From Myxococcota bacterium (lineage in GTDB: Bacteria > Myxococcota_A > SURF-8): a DNA stretch of 64,000 bases. The notes under the pieces were generated by a model. That model did no database searches. It was not told the origin of the DNA and saw nothing but the letters and a program-made list of their open reading frames with translations. Positions 38,740-48,248 of the stretch are shown piece by piece (positions within the stretch are counted from its first letter, which is position 1; each line of letters begins with the position of its first letter). Made by a program: the position numbers and the translations under genes. The DNA lies in contig OZ223209.1 of assembly GCA_965140415.1 (NCBI GenBank), positions 4,416,001 to 4,480,000 of the forward strand, given 5' to 3'.

Positions 38740-40377
38740 TTATTTCATCGATTCGAGAAGCAACTCGCAATCGACGAGCGGCTGCCCGGCTGGGTTCTTG
38801 AACGGCGACCAACAATATTCCAGCACCAGACCCAAGCTGTCCGATCCTAACCAATATTGTTCCACCGTTTTCGCATCGGTTTCGCTGGTGGCCGGTATCC
38901 AGTCATACTCGCCATCATCAAGCGCGGCATCCCACAAATTCCAATTCGGGAATTGCGCGTATTGATCCACAGCCCTGGAAATAAAGCCTTGAACTTCATC
39001 CACTTCGGTAGCCGTCAAGGGATAGCCGCTCGCGGCGGCTTGGATGTAATTGATGGCCATATCCCTGAACCAACGCCCCTGCGTATGACTGACCTCTTCC
39101 AGGCTCATCGTGCGATCCCGCTCGAAACGTTCTTCAAGTCCCTGCAACATGCGCAGAGCCAATTCATTTTTCCCATTCAACAACGCCCAGCGAATACTGG
39201 CGATATGAAACGCGCGCATGATGTGAGCATTGGGAGCGTTGTTTTCGATGGATAGCTTTTCGTAGGTCAGATCACCGCCGAAAGGCGTACACTGCAAACC
39301 CTGCTCATCGCCGTAAGCCATCAATGCAGAAGCCAGCTTCGCCTGGCATTCGGCATCTGGGAAAATGGCATCCCAGGCCACAAACGAAGCCAGATCGCCG
39401 GTGTCCGCTTCCTCCGGTCCCTCATCGATCCCCGGCAGATACGGCGTGCCGTCATCGCGCTTCGATCGGATGTTGTATCCATGATCGACGATATCCTGAA
39501 CAAACAGAACCAACAGATCATACGATTCGCTACAGGCTTCCCGAACGGATTCGTCATCCGCGCGTTTCGCAGCATACAGCATGGGGATGGAGACTTCGAA
39601 CAGATAGCCCAAGCCGTCTTTCGAACGGGTATTGGTGACCCAGACCTCACCCCAGTAAGGATTGTTTACATAGTTGAAACGTGAGCAATTCCAGCGATCA
39701 TAGGAGAAAAACCAGTTCGAATAATCCACGGCCTTGGAGTAACCGTCGTGAGTTGTGTAATCGTGATTGAAAGTGATGACGTTTCTGGTCATCAAATGAT
39801 GAACCGAGTCGTTTTCATCATACACCATTCCCAGCATGGTCTGGGAAATTCCCTTGCAATATTGCTCGGATAGCTCTCCCATTACGTCATCGCCGGTCAG
39901 CAGATAGCCACCCAAAGCCGAAGATAAAATCGTGGAATTGCCTTTTAAGATATTGTGTCCGCCGTGCTGCTCGGAATAATTGTGGACCATCGTTACAAGA
40001 TCGCCGCTTTTTTCCGCGTGAGAGTCCGTCCACCACAATCGATAATCCCGCTTGCCGGTAGATGCATCCACACCGTGACTCATACGCAACAGCCAGTCGA
40101 AATATTTCTGATCTACATAGAAATCCGAAAGTTTTTGAGTAAAGCTCGCCAGTTCCTCTTGATTCTGCGCTTGCCCCTCATCCATCCGCTCGAAACTCAA
40201 ATCAAAAGATTCCGGCAGACCGTCATCGAATCCATCGGATTCCGAGTCCGCCAGTTCCGATCCGTCAAGATCGCCATCCACTGCCGAAGAATCCCCATCA
40301 TCGCTGCAACCCAATGTTGCAAAGACCATCATACAGACCAACAATAGAACCAAAGCGAATTCCTGATGATTCATCAT
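38740..40377 (-). CDS. lipoprotein of unknown function, paralog of 19138..20889
   Basis: Lipobox TLGC, DGD linker, conserved motifs shared with the paralog. Confidence 0.8.
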   Translation of the reverse strand: MMNHQEFALVLLLVCMMVFATLGCSDDGDSSAVDGDLDGSELADSESDGFDDGLPESFDLSFERMDEGQAQNQEELASFTQKLSDFYVDQKYFDWLLRMSHGVDASTGKRDYRLWWTDSHAEKSGDLVTMVHNYSEQHGGHNILKGNSTILSSALGGYLLTGDDVMGELSEQYCKGISQTMLGMVYDENDSVHHLMTRNVITFNHDYTTHDGYSKAVDYSNWFFSYDRWNCSRFNYVNNPYWGEVWVTNTRSKDGLGYLFEVSIPMLYAAKRADDESVREACSESYDLLVLFVQDIVDHGYNIRSKRDDGTPYLPGIDEGPEEADTGDLASFVAWDAIFPDAECQAKLASALMAYGDEQGLQCTPFGGDLTYEKLSIENNAPNAHIMRAFHIASIRWALLNGKNELALRMLQGLEERFERDRTMSLEEVSHTQGRWFRDMAINYIQAAASGYPLTATEVDEVQGFISRAVDQYAQFPNWNLWDAALDDGEYDWIPATSETDAKTVEQYWLGSDSLGLVLEYCWSPFKNPAGQPLVDCELLLESMK

Positions 40378-40592
40378 AACTCCTTAAACGATTTCTTTTC
40401 GAACGAATTCAAACCAGCAGCATCCTAGCAGATCGGTCTTCGGAATCAAGATTTCCTTGTTCCGAATCTCCTACAATCGGGTATGCGAGTTCTTTTTCTG
40501 GACTTTCCAAGACCTACGAATAGAATGAGATGCGTTATGCAAGCGTTGGTTGATTTGCTTACCGCCCGGATAACAAATAGAGATTGAAGAAA

Positions 40593-40985
40593 ATGCGTGT
40601 TCTACATGCAAACAAAGGTCGAACGGTCTGCCTGCTGATGGCCACGACCCTGTTCTGGTTGTCCATGTTTTTGGACTTCTTCGCTTTCTCGCATGTCTGG
40701 AGCGTCGAACGAAACACTTTCATCCACCTTCGCAGTTCTCAAACCTGTCTGCAAGCGCATGAGGATGGAGACAATCTCCACTCCGCGAGAGCTAACCAGA
40801 ATACATCTTACAACGAATGTCCGTTTAACGGGTACTGGCGTCACTTCAACGCTCAAAGCGAGCTTTCAGCAATCGTTTGTTACCTCGATACGAATGAAAT
40901 CATCAAAATCCCCATTTCAAACGATCGTATCGACCACTCGCGTCTTTTCAATTTCGCACCCAAAAATTCTCCGCCACTCGGCTAA
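40593..40985 (+). CDS. DUF2946-like small protein (possible metal-sensing leader)
   Basis: N-terminal hydrophobic helix, His/Cys residues (ECPF), C-terminal APKNSPP. Confidence 0.55.
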   Translation: MRVLHANKGRTVCLLMATTLFWLSMFLDFFAFSHVWSVERNTFIHLRSSQTCLQAHEDGDNLHSARANQNTSYNECPFNGYWRHFNAQSELSAIVCYLDTNEIIKIPISNDRIDHSRLFNFAPKNSPPLG

Positions 40986-41104
40986 GCTTCGTCCATTCTC
41001 CCAAGAATCATCAAGTAAAACATTCTCCCGGTAGGATTCAATATCCGAGCCGGTAAGAATTGAAGGTTTCTTTCCATTCACCACGAGCCCAATGGAACAA
41101 CCCG

Positions 41105-41611
41105 ATGTCGGATTCAAAGAAGAACAGATTCGGGGGCGTTTTGATTTTTTCTGCGCTCCTGCTCGTTCCTCTTGCGGCAGTGGCAGGCTGGATCGTTTTC
41201 AAGAATCAAGACCCGTCTGACGTCGAGATGAAAACCATCGAGCGCTGGCGCAATAGTGAAGTAAAAACCGTAGCTTCCGACTGGAGTTCGGGTGAAGACA
41301 CCTACGAACGCTTCTGTAGTTACAAGCCCGATGGGCAACTCGTTGGATGCTGGATCGAAAAGAACGGTTCACCCTGGAGCGGCAACATGGTGAGTTGGTA
41401 TCAGATTCACACGAAAGCCAAGCCGGACCGGGGTTACGGCATTCCGAAAGCGATTCAATCCTATGAAGAAGGTACGCCACATGGGACGTGGCAGTCCTTC
41501 TACGTTACCGGAGCCGTGATGACGGAAGTGGATATTGAAAACGGAAATCGTATCGAAACGCGCATGTTTTCCCCGGATGGAAAATTGCTTAGACGCTTGA
41601 AGATGAAGTAA
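41105..41611 (+). CDS. membrane-anchored MORN-variant repeat protein
   Basis: TM, then YEEGTPHGTWQSFYVTG and MFSPDGKL. Confidence 0.65.
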   Translation: MSDSKKNRFGGVLIFSALLLVPLAAVAGWIVFKNQDPSDVEMKTIERWRNSEVKTVASDWSSGEDTYERFCSYKPDGQLVGCWIEKNGSPWSGNMVSWYQIHTKAKPDRGYGIPKAIQSYEEGTPHGTWQSFYVTGAVMTEVDIENGNRIETRMFSPDGKLLRRLKMK

Positions 41612-41625
41612 AGGGAATCAGGATC

Positions 41626-43476
41626 ATGAATAAGCGAATCAAAGCCTCTTTAATATCCATCTCTACCGATATCTTCCTGATCGCTACCAAGAGTACCTTG
41701 GCAGCCTTGTCGGGAAGCGCAGCTTTGCTGGCAGACGCCTACCACTCGCTATCGGATTTATTCGTGTCTTTAGCCGTTCTTTCCGGTTCGGCTTTCCGAA
41801 GCTGGATGGAAAAACGCGAGCTTCTGCAATCCACACAAGCGGAGTCTGCCGAGAACGAAAATAGTTTGGAATTACAAGAGGTTTCACCAGCGAAAGCAGA
41901 AGAAGACGAAGATTCACCACCCGCCAAACCCGGATACTGGGTCGAGGCGGGAATTACCTATATTATCTCCCTTATTATCCTGTATCTCCCTTATGAAATC
42001 ATTTCGGGTATTTCCAAGCAAAAGAAATACGATCTGGAATATACCTGGCTTGCGATTATCGGCGTTATTGCCTGTATCGTAATTACGTACTTCATTTCCC
42101 GCTACAAACTGCTCGCCGGTCGGGAGGTGGATTCGCCTGCCCTCGTTGCAGATGGCTACCACAGCCGAATGGACATGTTCACCTCCGTGGCCGTGTTGTT
42201 TTCCATGCTTGGCCAGATTATCGGAATCAAACTGGACCCACTGGTAGCAGTTGTAATCGCCGTCATGATCGGCATCGTCGGTCTGGAATTGTTCATTACT
42301 TCCGTTGTTGCGCTGGCCAGAAAATCGGGGCTGAAGCGGCTTTCTCTCTTTGCCTGGCTGTACGAACAAACCGAGCGAGTTTTTACATTCCTTGCCGGAT
42401 TGTTCGTCGGCAAACAACTGAAGCTTTCCGATTTACACCTGGCCGAGCGTCTCTCGCCTGAGCGCTGGTATAGTCACCGCCGCCTGGCTGTGCTTGTTGT
42501 CGTATTTGTCTCCGCATATTTTCTTAGCGGATTGACCATGATTCGACCGGAGGAAACCGGTGTAAAGCTGCGCTTCGGTCACATCGAAAACGATCATCTG
42601 CAACCCGGTCTGACTTACCGCCTTCCCTGGCCCTTTGAATCGATCAAGCGTATTCGAATGCAGGAAATCCGCCGGGTTGAATTCGGCTTCAGGACCGATG
42701 ATCGACTCAACACCAGCATTTCTCCGACTTTGTGGGAAACCAAACACGGAACGAGGGGCTACAAGAAAAAGAAAAAGGAATCCATCACCTTGACCGGAGA
42801 TGAAAACATCATCGATATCAGCCTGGTTCTACACTACCGACCAACCAACCCCATAGACACCCTTTTCCGGGTCAACCGGATGGACAACGTCCTTCGAGGT
42901 CTGCTGGAATCGTCTCTGAGAAAAACAATCTCAGTTCGAAAAGCGGACAGTTTACTGGTGGAAAATCGTCAGGAAGCCTTGAACGCCATTTTAGACGATG
43001 TCCGGGCGCATATCAAACAACTCGACCTTGGAGTGGAAGCGATGGCGCTCTACTGCCACGACTTGCATCCGCCGCTTGAAGTTGTCGGCGCGTTTCGAGA
43101 TGTCTTTTCCGCCCGAGAGGAAAAGATTCAGCTATTGAACAATGCTGAAACCCATCGCAATACCGCGCTTCCAGAGGCGCGCTCGAAAAGCTATCAGAGC
43201 CTTCACGAGGCGCAGGCCGATCGTATCGAACGACGCGAAAAGGCCATTGGGGATGCAAAGAACTTTGCACTCGTTTCGAAAGCATATCGCCGTCAACCGA
43301 AATTGACCGCTTACCGCATGTTTATAGAAATGGCTGAAATCGGAATGGCCGGAAAACGGAAAATCATTGCCGATCCCGAAGTCAACCGGGGCGGATACAG
43401 ACTATGGATGTTTGCACCTGAAAACGGCAATGCATTGAACGATCTGAAAGGATTGAAGAAAGGAGTAAACCGATGA
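41626..43476 (+). CDS. cation diffusion facilitator TM domain fused to an HflK-type SPFH domain
   Basis: SAALLADAYHSLSD and ALVADGYHSRMD (CDF HxxxD motifs), LDPLVA; then GVKLRFG..PGLTYRLPWP, LTGDENII, HPPLEVVGAFRDVFSARE. Confidence 0.88.
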   Translation: MNKRIKASLISISTDIFLIATKSTLAALSGSAALLADAYHSLSDLFVSLAVLSGSAFRSWMEKRELLQSTQAESAENENSLELQEVSPAKAEEDEDSPPAKPGYWVEAGITYIISLIILYLPYEIISGISKQKKYDLEYTWLAIIGVIACIVITYFISRYKLLAGREVDSPALVADGYHSRMDMFTSVAVLFSMLGQIIGIKLDPLVAVVIAVMIGIVGLELFITSVVALARKSGLKRLSLFAWLYEQTERVFTFLAGLFVGKQLKLSDLHLAERLSPERWYSHRRLAVLVVVFVSAYFLSGLTMIRPEETGVKLRFGHIENDHLQPGLTYRLPWPFESIKRIRMQEIRRVEFGFRTDDRLNTSISPTLWETKHGTRGYKKKKKESITLTGDENIIDISLVLHYRPTNPIDTLFRVNRMDNVLRGLLESSLRKTISVRKADSLLVENRQEALNAILDDVRAHIKQLDLGVEAMALYCHDLHPPLEVVGAFRDVFSAREEKIQLLNNAETHRNTALPEARSKSYQSLHEAQADRIERREKAIGDAKNFALVSKAYRRQPKLTAYRMFIEMAEIGMAGKRKIIADPEVNRGGYRLWMFAPENGNALNDLKGLKKGVNR

Positions 43477-44357
43477 AGAAAATACTGGTTGCACTCGGAG
43501 CATTAACGATATTGGTTTACCTGTTGAGCTTTTCGTTCGTCGTGTTGGACGAAACGGAAATGGGAATCGTGACCACGTTCAACAAGCCCACTCAGATCAT
43601 TAAGGAAGCCGGGCTGATCGTGAAATGGCCGGACCCCATCCAATCGGTAATACGACTCGACCGACGACTGCAAGCCCTGGATTCCAATCTTGGAGAATAT
43701 CTCACCCGCGACAAAAAAAACCTGGTTGCAAGCAGCTTTATTCTCTGGCGCATCGACAATCCAGAACGCTTCATCCAAAGTGTCCGCAGTAAAAAGAACG
43801 CTGAAAAGCGCCTTGCCGATCTGGTTGGCTCCGAATTGGGAGTGGCGCTGGGAGAACATCCGCTACACGATTTCCTGACAACGGAAGAAAGCGGAAGCCA
43901 AATCACCGAAATCTCCACACATGTGTACAAACAAACGAAAAACGCGGCTTTGCAGGACTTTGGAGTCGAACTGGCAGATGTACAGATTCGACGACTGGGC
44001 TTTCCATCTCAGAACCTGCGCTCCGTTTACGACCGCATGAAAGCCGAGCGCGAACGAATCGCCAAAAAATACCGCGCAGAGGGCGAAGAAGAAGCCTCGA
44101 AAATCCGTTCCCAGACCGACAAGGAAGTTCGGGATCTGCTTGCCGAAGCCTATCGAGATGCACAGATCACCAAAGGCCAGGGAGAAGCGGAAGCCATTCG
44201 CATTTATGCCGAAGCTTTTTCGAGCGATCCGAAGTTCTACAAATTGACGCGCACGATGGAAGCGTACCGGAACATGCTCGATGATAAAACGACCTTGATT
44301 CTTTCCGCCGATTCACCGTTGTTCAAGTATCTCGAAACACCACCGGAGGGTCGCTAG
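43473..44357 (+). CDS. hflC: HflC-family SPFH protein
   Basis: LTRDKKNL, VYDRMKAERERIAKKYRAEG, GEAEAIRIYA..DPKFY. Confidence 0.9.
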   Translation: MKKILVALGALTILVYLLSFSFVVLDETEMGIVTTFNKPTQIIKEAGLIVKWPDPIQSVIRLDRRLQALDSNLGEYLTRDKKNLVASSFILWRIDNPERFIQSVRSKKNAEKRLADLVGSELGVALGEHPLHDFLTTEESGSQITEISTHVYKQTKNAALQDFGVELADVQIRRLGFPSQNLRSVYDRMKAERERIAKKYRAEGEEEASKIRSQTDKEVRDLLAEAYRDAQITKGQGEAEAIRIYAEAFSSDPKFYKLTRTMEAYRNMLDDKTTLILSADSPLFKYLETPPEGR

Positions 44358-44359
44358 CC

Positions 44360-45292
44360 ATGCCGAACGATCCCATCATCGAACATACTTTCCGCAATGC
44401 GAAAAGAATCGTGTTGGCAGCCTGCCTGCTGGCCATAATCGTCTATTTCGCAACAGGAATCTATTCGGTAACTCCGACCCAGACCGGAGTCATCAAGCGA
44501 TTCGGGGTAATCGTCAACGACGACATCTCTCCGGGAATTCACTACCACTGGCCGTGGCCTATCGAACTTGTTGCACGCCCGAATACCAAGGAAATCCGAA
44601 GCATGAAGCTTGTTTTCGATCAGACGACCATCTCGAAAGAGCACGCCGGAGAAGGTGCATTGTTAACCGGTGATGAAAACCTGGTTTTGTTGACCTTGCT
44701 GACCCAGTACACCATCGATAATCCACGGCAATATCTGACCGTCTTTTCCAATCCCGATGAATTACTGAAACGCCTTATTCTGGCAGCCTGCGTTCGATAC
44801 ATGGCAGGCACTTCCGTCGATGATATTTTGACCACCGGTCGTAATAACCTTCAGAGAACGCTGAAGAGCGAAATCCAGAAAAGCTCTAACCGTTTCGGAC
44901 TGGGGCTGCGCATCGTCTCCATTCAGGTCAAAAATATCGAACCGCCTACTAGCGTCGCCCACGCCTTTAAAGACGTCGCTTCCGCACGGGAAGACATGCA
45001 CAAAATGCTGCAAAATGCGAACGGAGAAAAGAACCGCCGTCTCCCGGAAGCCCGCGCAGATGCCGAGAGTCTGCGCCAGCAGGCCGAGGCCTATGCAAAT
45101 GAAACCGTTCAGAAAGCGAAAGGCGACGCCGACCGCTTCCTTTCGACCTGGAAGGAATATCGCAAAGCAAAAAGTGTGACCGCTCAGCGAATTTATTTCG
45201 AAACAGTCGAATCCATCATGACCAAAGTCAAAAAGCAGATCATCAACCCTCGCGCCGAGCGCAGACTCGGTCAGGGAGGCATGTATCAATAG
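44360..45292 (+). CDS. hflK: HflK-family SPFH protein
   Basis: GVIKRFG..PGIHYHWPWPIE, LTGDENLV, PPTSVAHAFKDVASARED, AKGDADRF. Confidence 0.9.
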   Translation: MPNDPIIEHTFRNAKRIVLAACLLAIIVYFATGIYSVTPTQTGVIKRFGVIVNDDISPGIHYHWPWPIELVARPNTKEIRSMKLVFDQTTISKEHAGEGALLTGDENLVLLTLLTQYTIDNPRQYLTVFSNPDELLKRLILAACVRYMAGTSVDDILTTGRNNLQRTLKSEIQKSSNRFGLGLRIVSIQVKNIEPPTSVAHAFKDVASAREDMHKMLQNANGEKNRRLPEARADAESLRQQAEAYANETVQKAKGDADRFLSTWKEYRKAKSVTAQRIYFETVESIMTKVKKQIINPRAERRLGQGGMYQ

Positions 45293-45295
45293 GAA

Positions 45296-45904
45296 ATGAC
45301 GATGTCCCCAATACAATGGCGCTTTCTCGTACTGTTATTTCTATGTCTCGTTACAATTCCAACATCTTCGGCCCGGGCGCATCCGCATATCTTTGTGGAC
45401 GCGCGTGTAACCCTTCTTTTCGACGAGCAGGGATTAGCCGGTTTCCGGCAGGAATGGACCTTTGACGAAATGTTCGGAGAGTTCATCCTGGAAGATTACG
45501 ATGCCAATAAAAACAAGCGCTTCGAAGATAAAGAAGTTTTAAAGATCAAAGCGGAAGCCTTTGACAACCTTAAAGAAAGCGACTATTTCCACATCGTTCA
45601 ACTCAACGGCAAACCCTTTGCTGTAAAATATGCGACGGACTTTTCCGTGCAGTTTAAAAATGAGCGTGTGGTGTACACCTTCACGGTTCCCTGCCACATG
45701 AAAGTGGCAGCGAAATCCACTTTAGACATTTCCCTGTCCCTTTCCGATAAAACGATTTACACCGATCTCGTTTTTACGAAAGACAGCCCGAAATCCGATG
45801 GAAAATCAAGTCTGTTCAACACTCAACACAAACTGGATGATGGCGTGCAGCCAAGCGGTCAAGTTCTGGCCCAAACCCTGCATATCAAGGTGACACGCAA
45901 ATGA
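45296..45904 (+). CDS. DUF1007 family periplasmic protein
   Basis: Signal peptide followed by AHPHIFVD, WTFDEMF. Confidence 0.88.
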   Translation: MTMSPIQWRFLVLLFLCLVTIPTSSARAHPHIFVDARVTLLFDEQGLAGFRQEWTFDEMFGEFILEDYDANKNKRFEDKEVLKIKAEAFDNLKESDYFHIVQLNGKPFAVKYATDFSVQFKNERVVYTFTVPCHMKVAAKSTLDISLSLSDKTIYTDLVFTKDSPKSDGKSSLFNTQHKLDDGVQPSGQVLAQTLHIKVTRK

Positions 45905-46836
45905 AAACCTGTGCCGTCATTGCGATCCTGCTCCTGTTTTCAATGCTCTTTGCCATGGAAGTAGAAGCAGGAAACCCGTTCCTCTCCAAGAAGAAAACGG
46001 AACAAGTTACTCCGCAACACGAAACAGAACCCACAGAAACTCTCGTCACGAGCAAAATGCCGGAGTGCTTTGCCCCGATCCTGCGAACAGTCAACGACTG
46101 GCAGAAAGAGTTGAAGCAACAATTGAGCACGTTTGCACGCGATATGAAGACCAATCCTTTCGGCAAATCCTTCCTTCTTTTTCTGCTGCTTTCTTTTGTT
46201 TATGGAAGCGTTCACGCAATTGGTCCCGGGCATGGCAAATCGGTGGTAGTCAGTTATTTTCTGAATCGGCCAGGAAAACTCTGGCAGGGAATCGCGATGG
46301 GGCATCTTATTACCGCCGTTCACGTCGCCTCCGGAGCGCTTGTTGTGCTGGTAATGGCATTGATTTTAGATACGACCCGATTGACGGATTTCGAAGAGGC
46401 AAGCCCGAACCTGGAGGCCATAAGCTACATCCTGGTGATTCTGATCGGGTTGTATCTGATCGTTCATACAATATTGGACCTGAAAAGGCGCAGTTGGGAA
46501 AACACGGAGGAATCAACATCCGGCAATCTGCGAGGCATATTGCTCACCGCCATTGCTACCGGGCTGGTTCCCTGCCCCGGTGCAGCACTGATTCTACTTT
46601 TCTCTGTAATTCTCGGCGTATTCGCTCAGGGACTGGTCGCGATGCTGTTCATTGCATTGGGAATGGGGCTAACCACCAGCCTCTTCGCAATAATCGCTAT
46701 TACCTCGCGCCGAACGGTACTAAACGTTGCACGACGTAACGAAAAAGTTTTTATCGGTGCATACTCGATCTTGTCCTTCGGCGGAGCATTTACGATTATC
46801 TTGCTGGGTTCGGTAATGCTTGCAGGCCTGCTGTAG
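45901..46836 (+). CDS. nickel/cobalt transporter, RcnA/HoxN-like
   Basis: YGSVHAIGPGHGKSVV, GLVPCPGA. Confidence 0.88.
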   Translation: MKTCAVIAILLLFSMLFAMEVEAGNPFLSKKKTEQVTPQHETEPTETLVTSKMPECFAPILRTVNDWQKELKQQLSTFARDMKTNPFGKSFLLFLLLSFVYGSVHAIGPGHGKSVVVSYFLNRPGKLWQGIAMGHLITAVHVASGALVVLVMALILDTTRLTDFEEASPNLEAISYILVILIGLYLIVHTILDLKRRSWENTEESTSGNLRGILLTAIATGLVPCPGAALILLFSVILGVFAQGLVAMLFIALGMGLTTSLFAIIAITSRRTVLNVARRNEKVFIGAYSILSFGGAFTIILLGSVMLAGLL

Positions 46837-46886
46837 AAGATAACCTACACTTTTAAAGCGACGATCATGGAACGGAAAGAATGGAA

Positions 46887-47591
46887 TCAGCCGATGGGCT
46901 CGCCCAGGGTTTGAATTACCATCTCGATATATTCGGCAATGGCTTTGGCATTTTCGCTGTTTTCCTCGAATTGCAAACCAACCAGAATCCGTTTGGTGTT
47001 CATATCCACCCGCTTCACGACGCACTCCAGGTTGTCAATCGCTTTACCGTTGGGAAGAGTGAAGGAAAGTCGGATCGATTCTTCTATTCTGGGTGGGTCC
47101 ACCATCTGAACCAGCGCACCGCTGGAACTCAAATTCAAGATGGTATTGCCACTATCCTGTGAATCGTTAAGCCGAAAAGGAATGACCATTTGAATTCGTG
47201 GTGAACGACGTAGGGATATTTCTTCGATACGACTGGGATATTTCAGGAAAGTCAGGTTCAACGGCGAGCCGATGGTTCGGAAAATTGTTGTCTGAAACCC
47301 GAAAACACTGCCCTCGCACATGTAGCGGACGGCCATCTGGTTCTGCCCACCATAATTGACCAGCATCCCGTTAATGCGGGGAGTCATCAGAATCAGGTAT
47401 TCACCACGCAAATATCCCAATAGCTTGGTTTTCCACTTGTCCTTGTCCGACCGACCCAGCGGTTGCATAAACATATCCATACCGACCTGAAACGAAGTCA
47501 GAAAGGAAGTGTCATGCTGTTCGTGTAAGCGTTTAGGAGCTTTGGCGGCTTCGTAGAATCGCCCAAGGGAATCCTGATTATTGTGGCTCAT
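46887..47591 (-). CDS. PilZ-domain c-di-GMP receptor (YcgR/flagellar-brake-like)
   Basis: RxxxR motif (RRSPR) and NLSSSGA, with an N-terminal PilZN-like domain. Confidence 0.88.
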   Translation of the reverse strand: MSHNNQDSLGRFYEAAKAPKRLHEQHDTSFLTSFQVGMDMFMQPLGRSDKDKWKTKLLGYLRGEYLILMTPRINGMLVNYGGQNQMAVRYMCEGSVFGFQTTIFRTIGSPLNLTFLKYPSRIEEISLRRSPRIQMVIPFRLNDSQDSGNTILNLSSSGALVQMVDPPRIEESIRLSFTLPNGKAIDNLECVVKRVDMNTKRILVGLQFEENSENAKAIAEYIEMVIQTLGEPIG

Positions 47592-47941
47592 CGTCTGTAC
47601 TTCCCCAGTTTTCACCCGCCGATTGGATTTGCCTAAAACCTCTCGGCGGAATTCTACATCGAGTAAAATTATAAAAGGATATTACCTTAAACGCAAGTTA
47701 TTGAACGGTTATATTGACGAATGAGAATGAGCCATTCGGAAAAAACAGCAGCTTATCTGTAACAATTACAATTTGAGAGAGCAACTAACCGACTTTTAAC
47801 AGAGCAACCTCCCCTTTTCGTGTAGACTGCAACCACCTAACACGCATGGTTCTTTATTATCTTTTCCCTGCCGGTCATCCCTATGGATGGCCGGTTCTCT
47901 TTTCCTAAGATCGAATAACCCAACAAAATATTTCCTAAACA

Positions 47942-47967
47942 GGAATAATTCCGGCAGTAGCACAGTT
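47942..47967 (+). promoter_or_regulatory. putative ECF-sigma promoter GGAAT-N18-GTT (also at 48079-48104 and 48216-48241)
   Basis: Both boxes and the 18-bp spacing are invariant in three copies while spacer bases vary. Confidence 0.55.
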
Positions 47968-47974
47968 ATATCTT

Positions 47975-48044
47975 ACAACGTGGCAACAAACATTCCATCC
48001 CCCTTGGCCGGTCATCCCTCTGGATGGCCGGTCCCTCCTTTATG
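47975..48044 (+). ncRNA. candidate sRNA, copy 1
   Basis: 70-nt block identical in three copies, between the promoter motif and a 3' hairpin. Confidence 0.5.
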
Positions 48045-48111
48045 TAAAAATCAATAGAGGAAAAAAAGTGTACGTGCGGGAATAGTTCCGGCTGCAACAC
48101 GGTTATATCTA

Positions 48112-48181
48112 ACAACGTGGCAACAAACATTCCATCCCCCTTGGCCGGTCATCCCTCTGGATGGCCGGTCCCTCCTTTATG
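48112..48181 (+). ncRNA. candidate sRNA, copy 2
   Basis: Identical to copy 1. Confidence 0.5.
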
Positions 48182-48248
48182 TAAAAATCAATAGAGGAAA
48201 AAAAGTGTACGTGCGGGAATAGTTCCGGCTGCAACGCGGTTTTATCTA

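Noticed and set aside
41105-41611. YwqK-like immunity protein for the RHS toxin
   Set aside because: Distant, on the opposite strand, membrane-anchored and coupled to the metal operon; only generic MORN-like repeats.
47981-47996. Sigma54 promoter in TGGCAACAAACATTCC
   Set aside because: No GC at the -12 position with the correct spacing.
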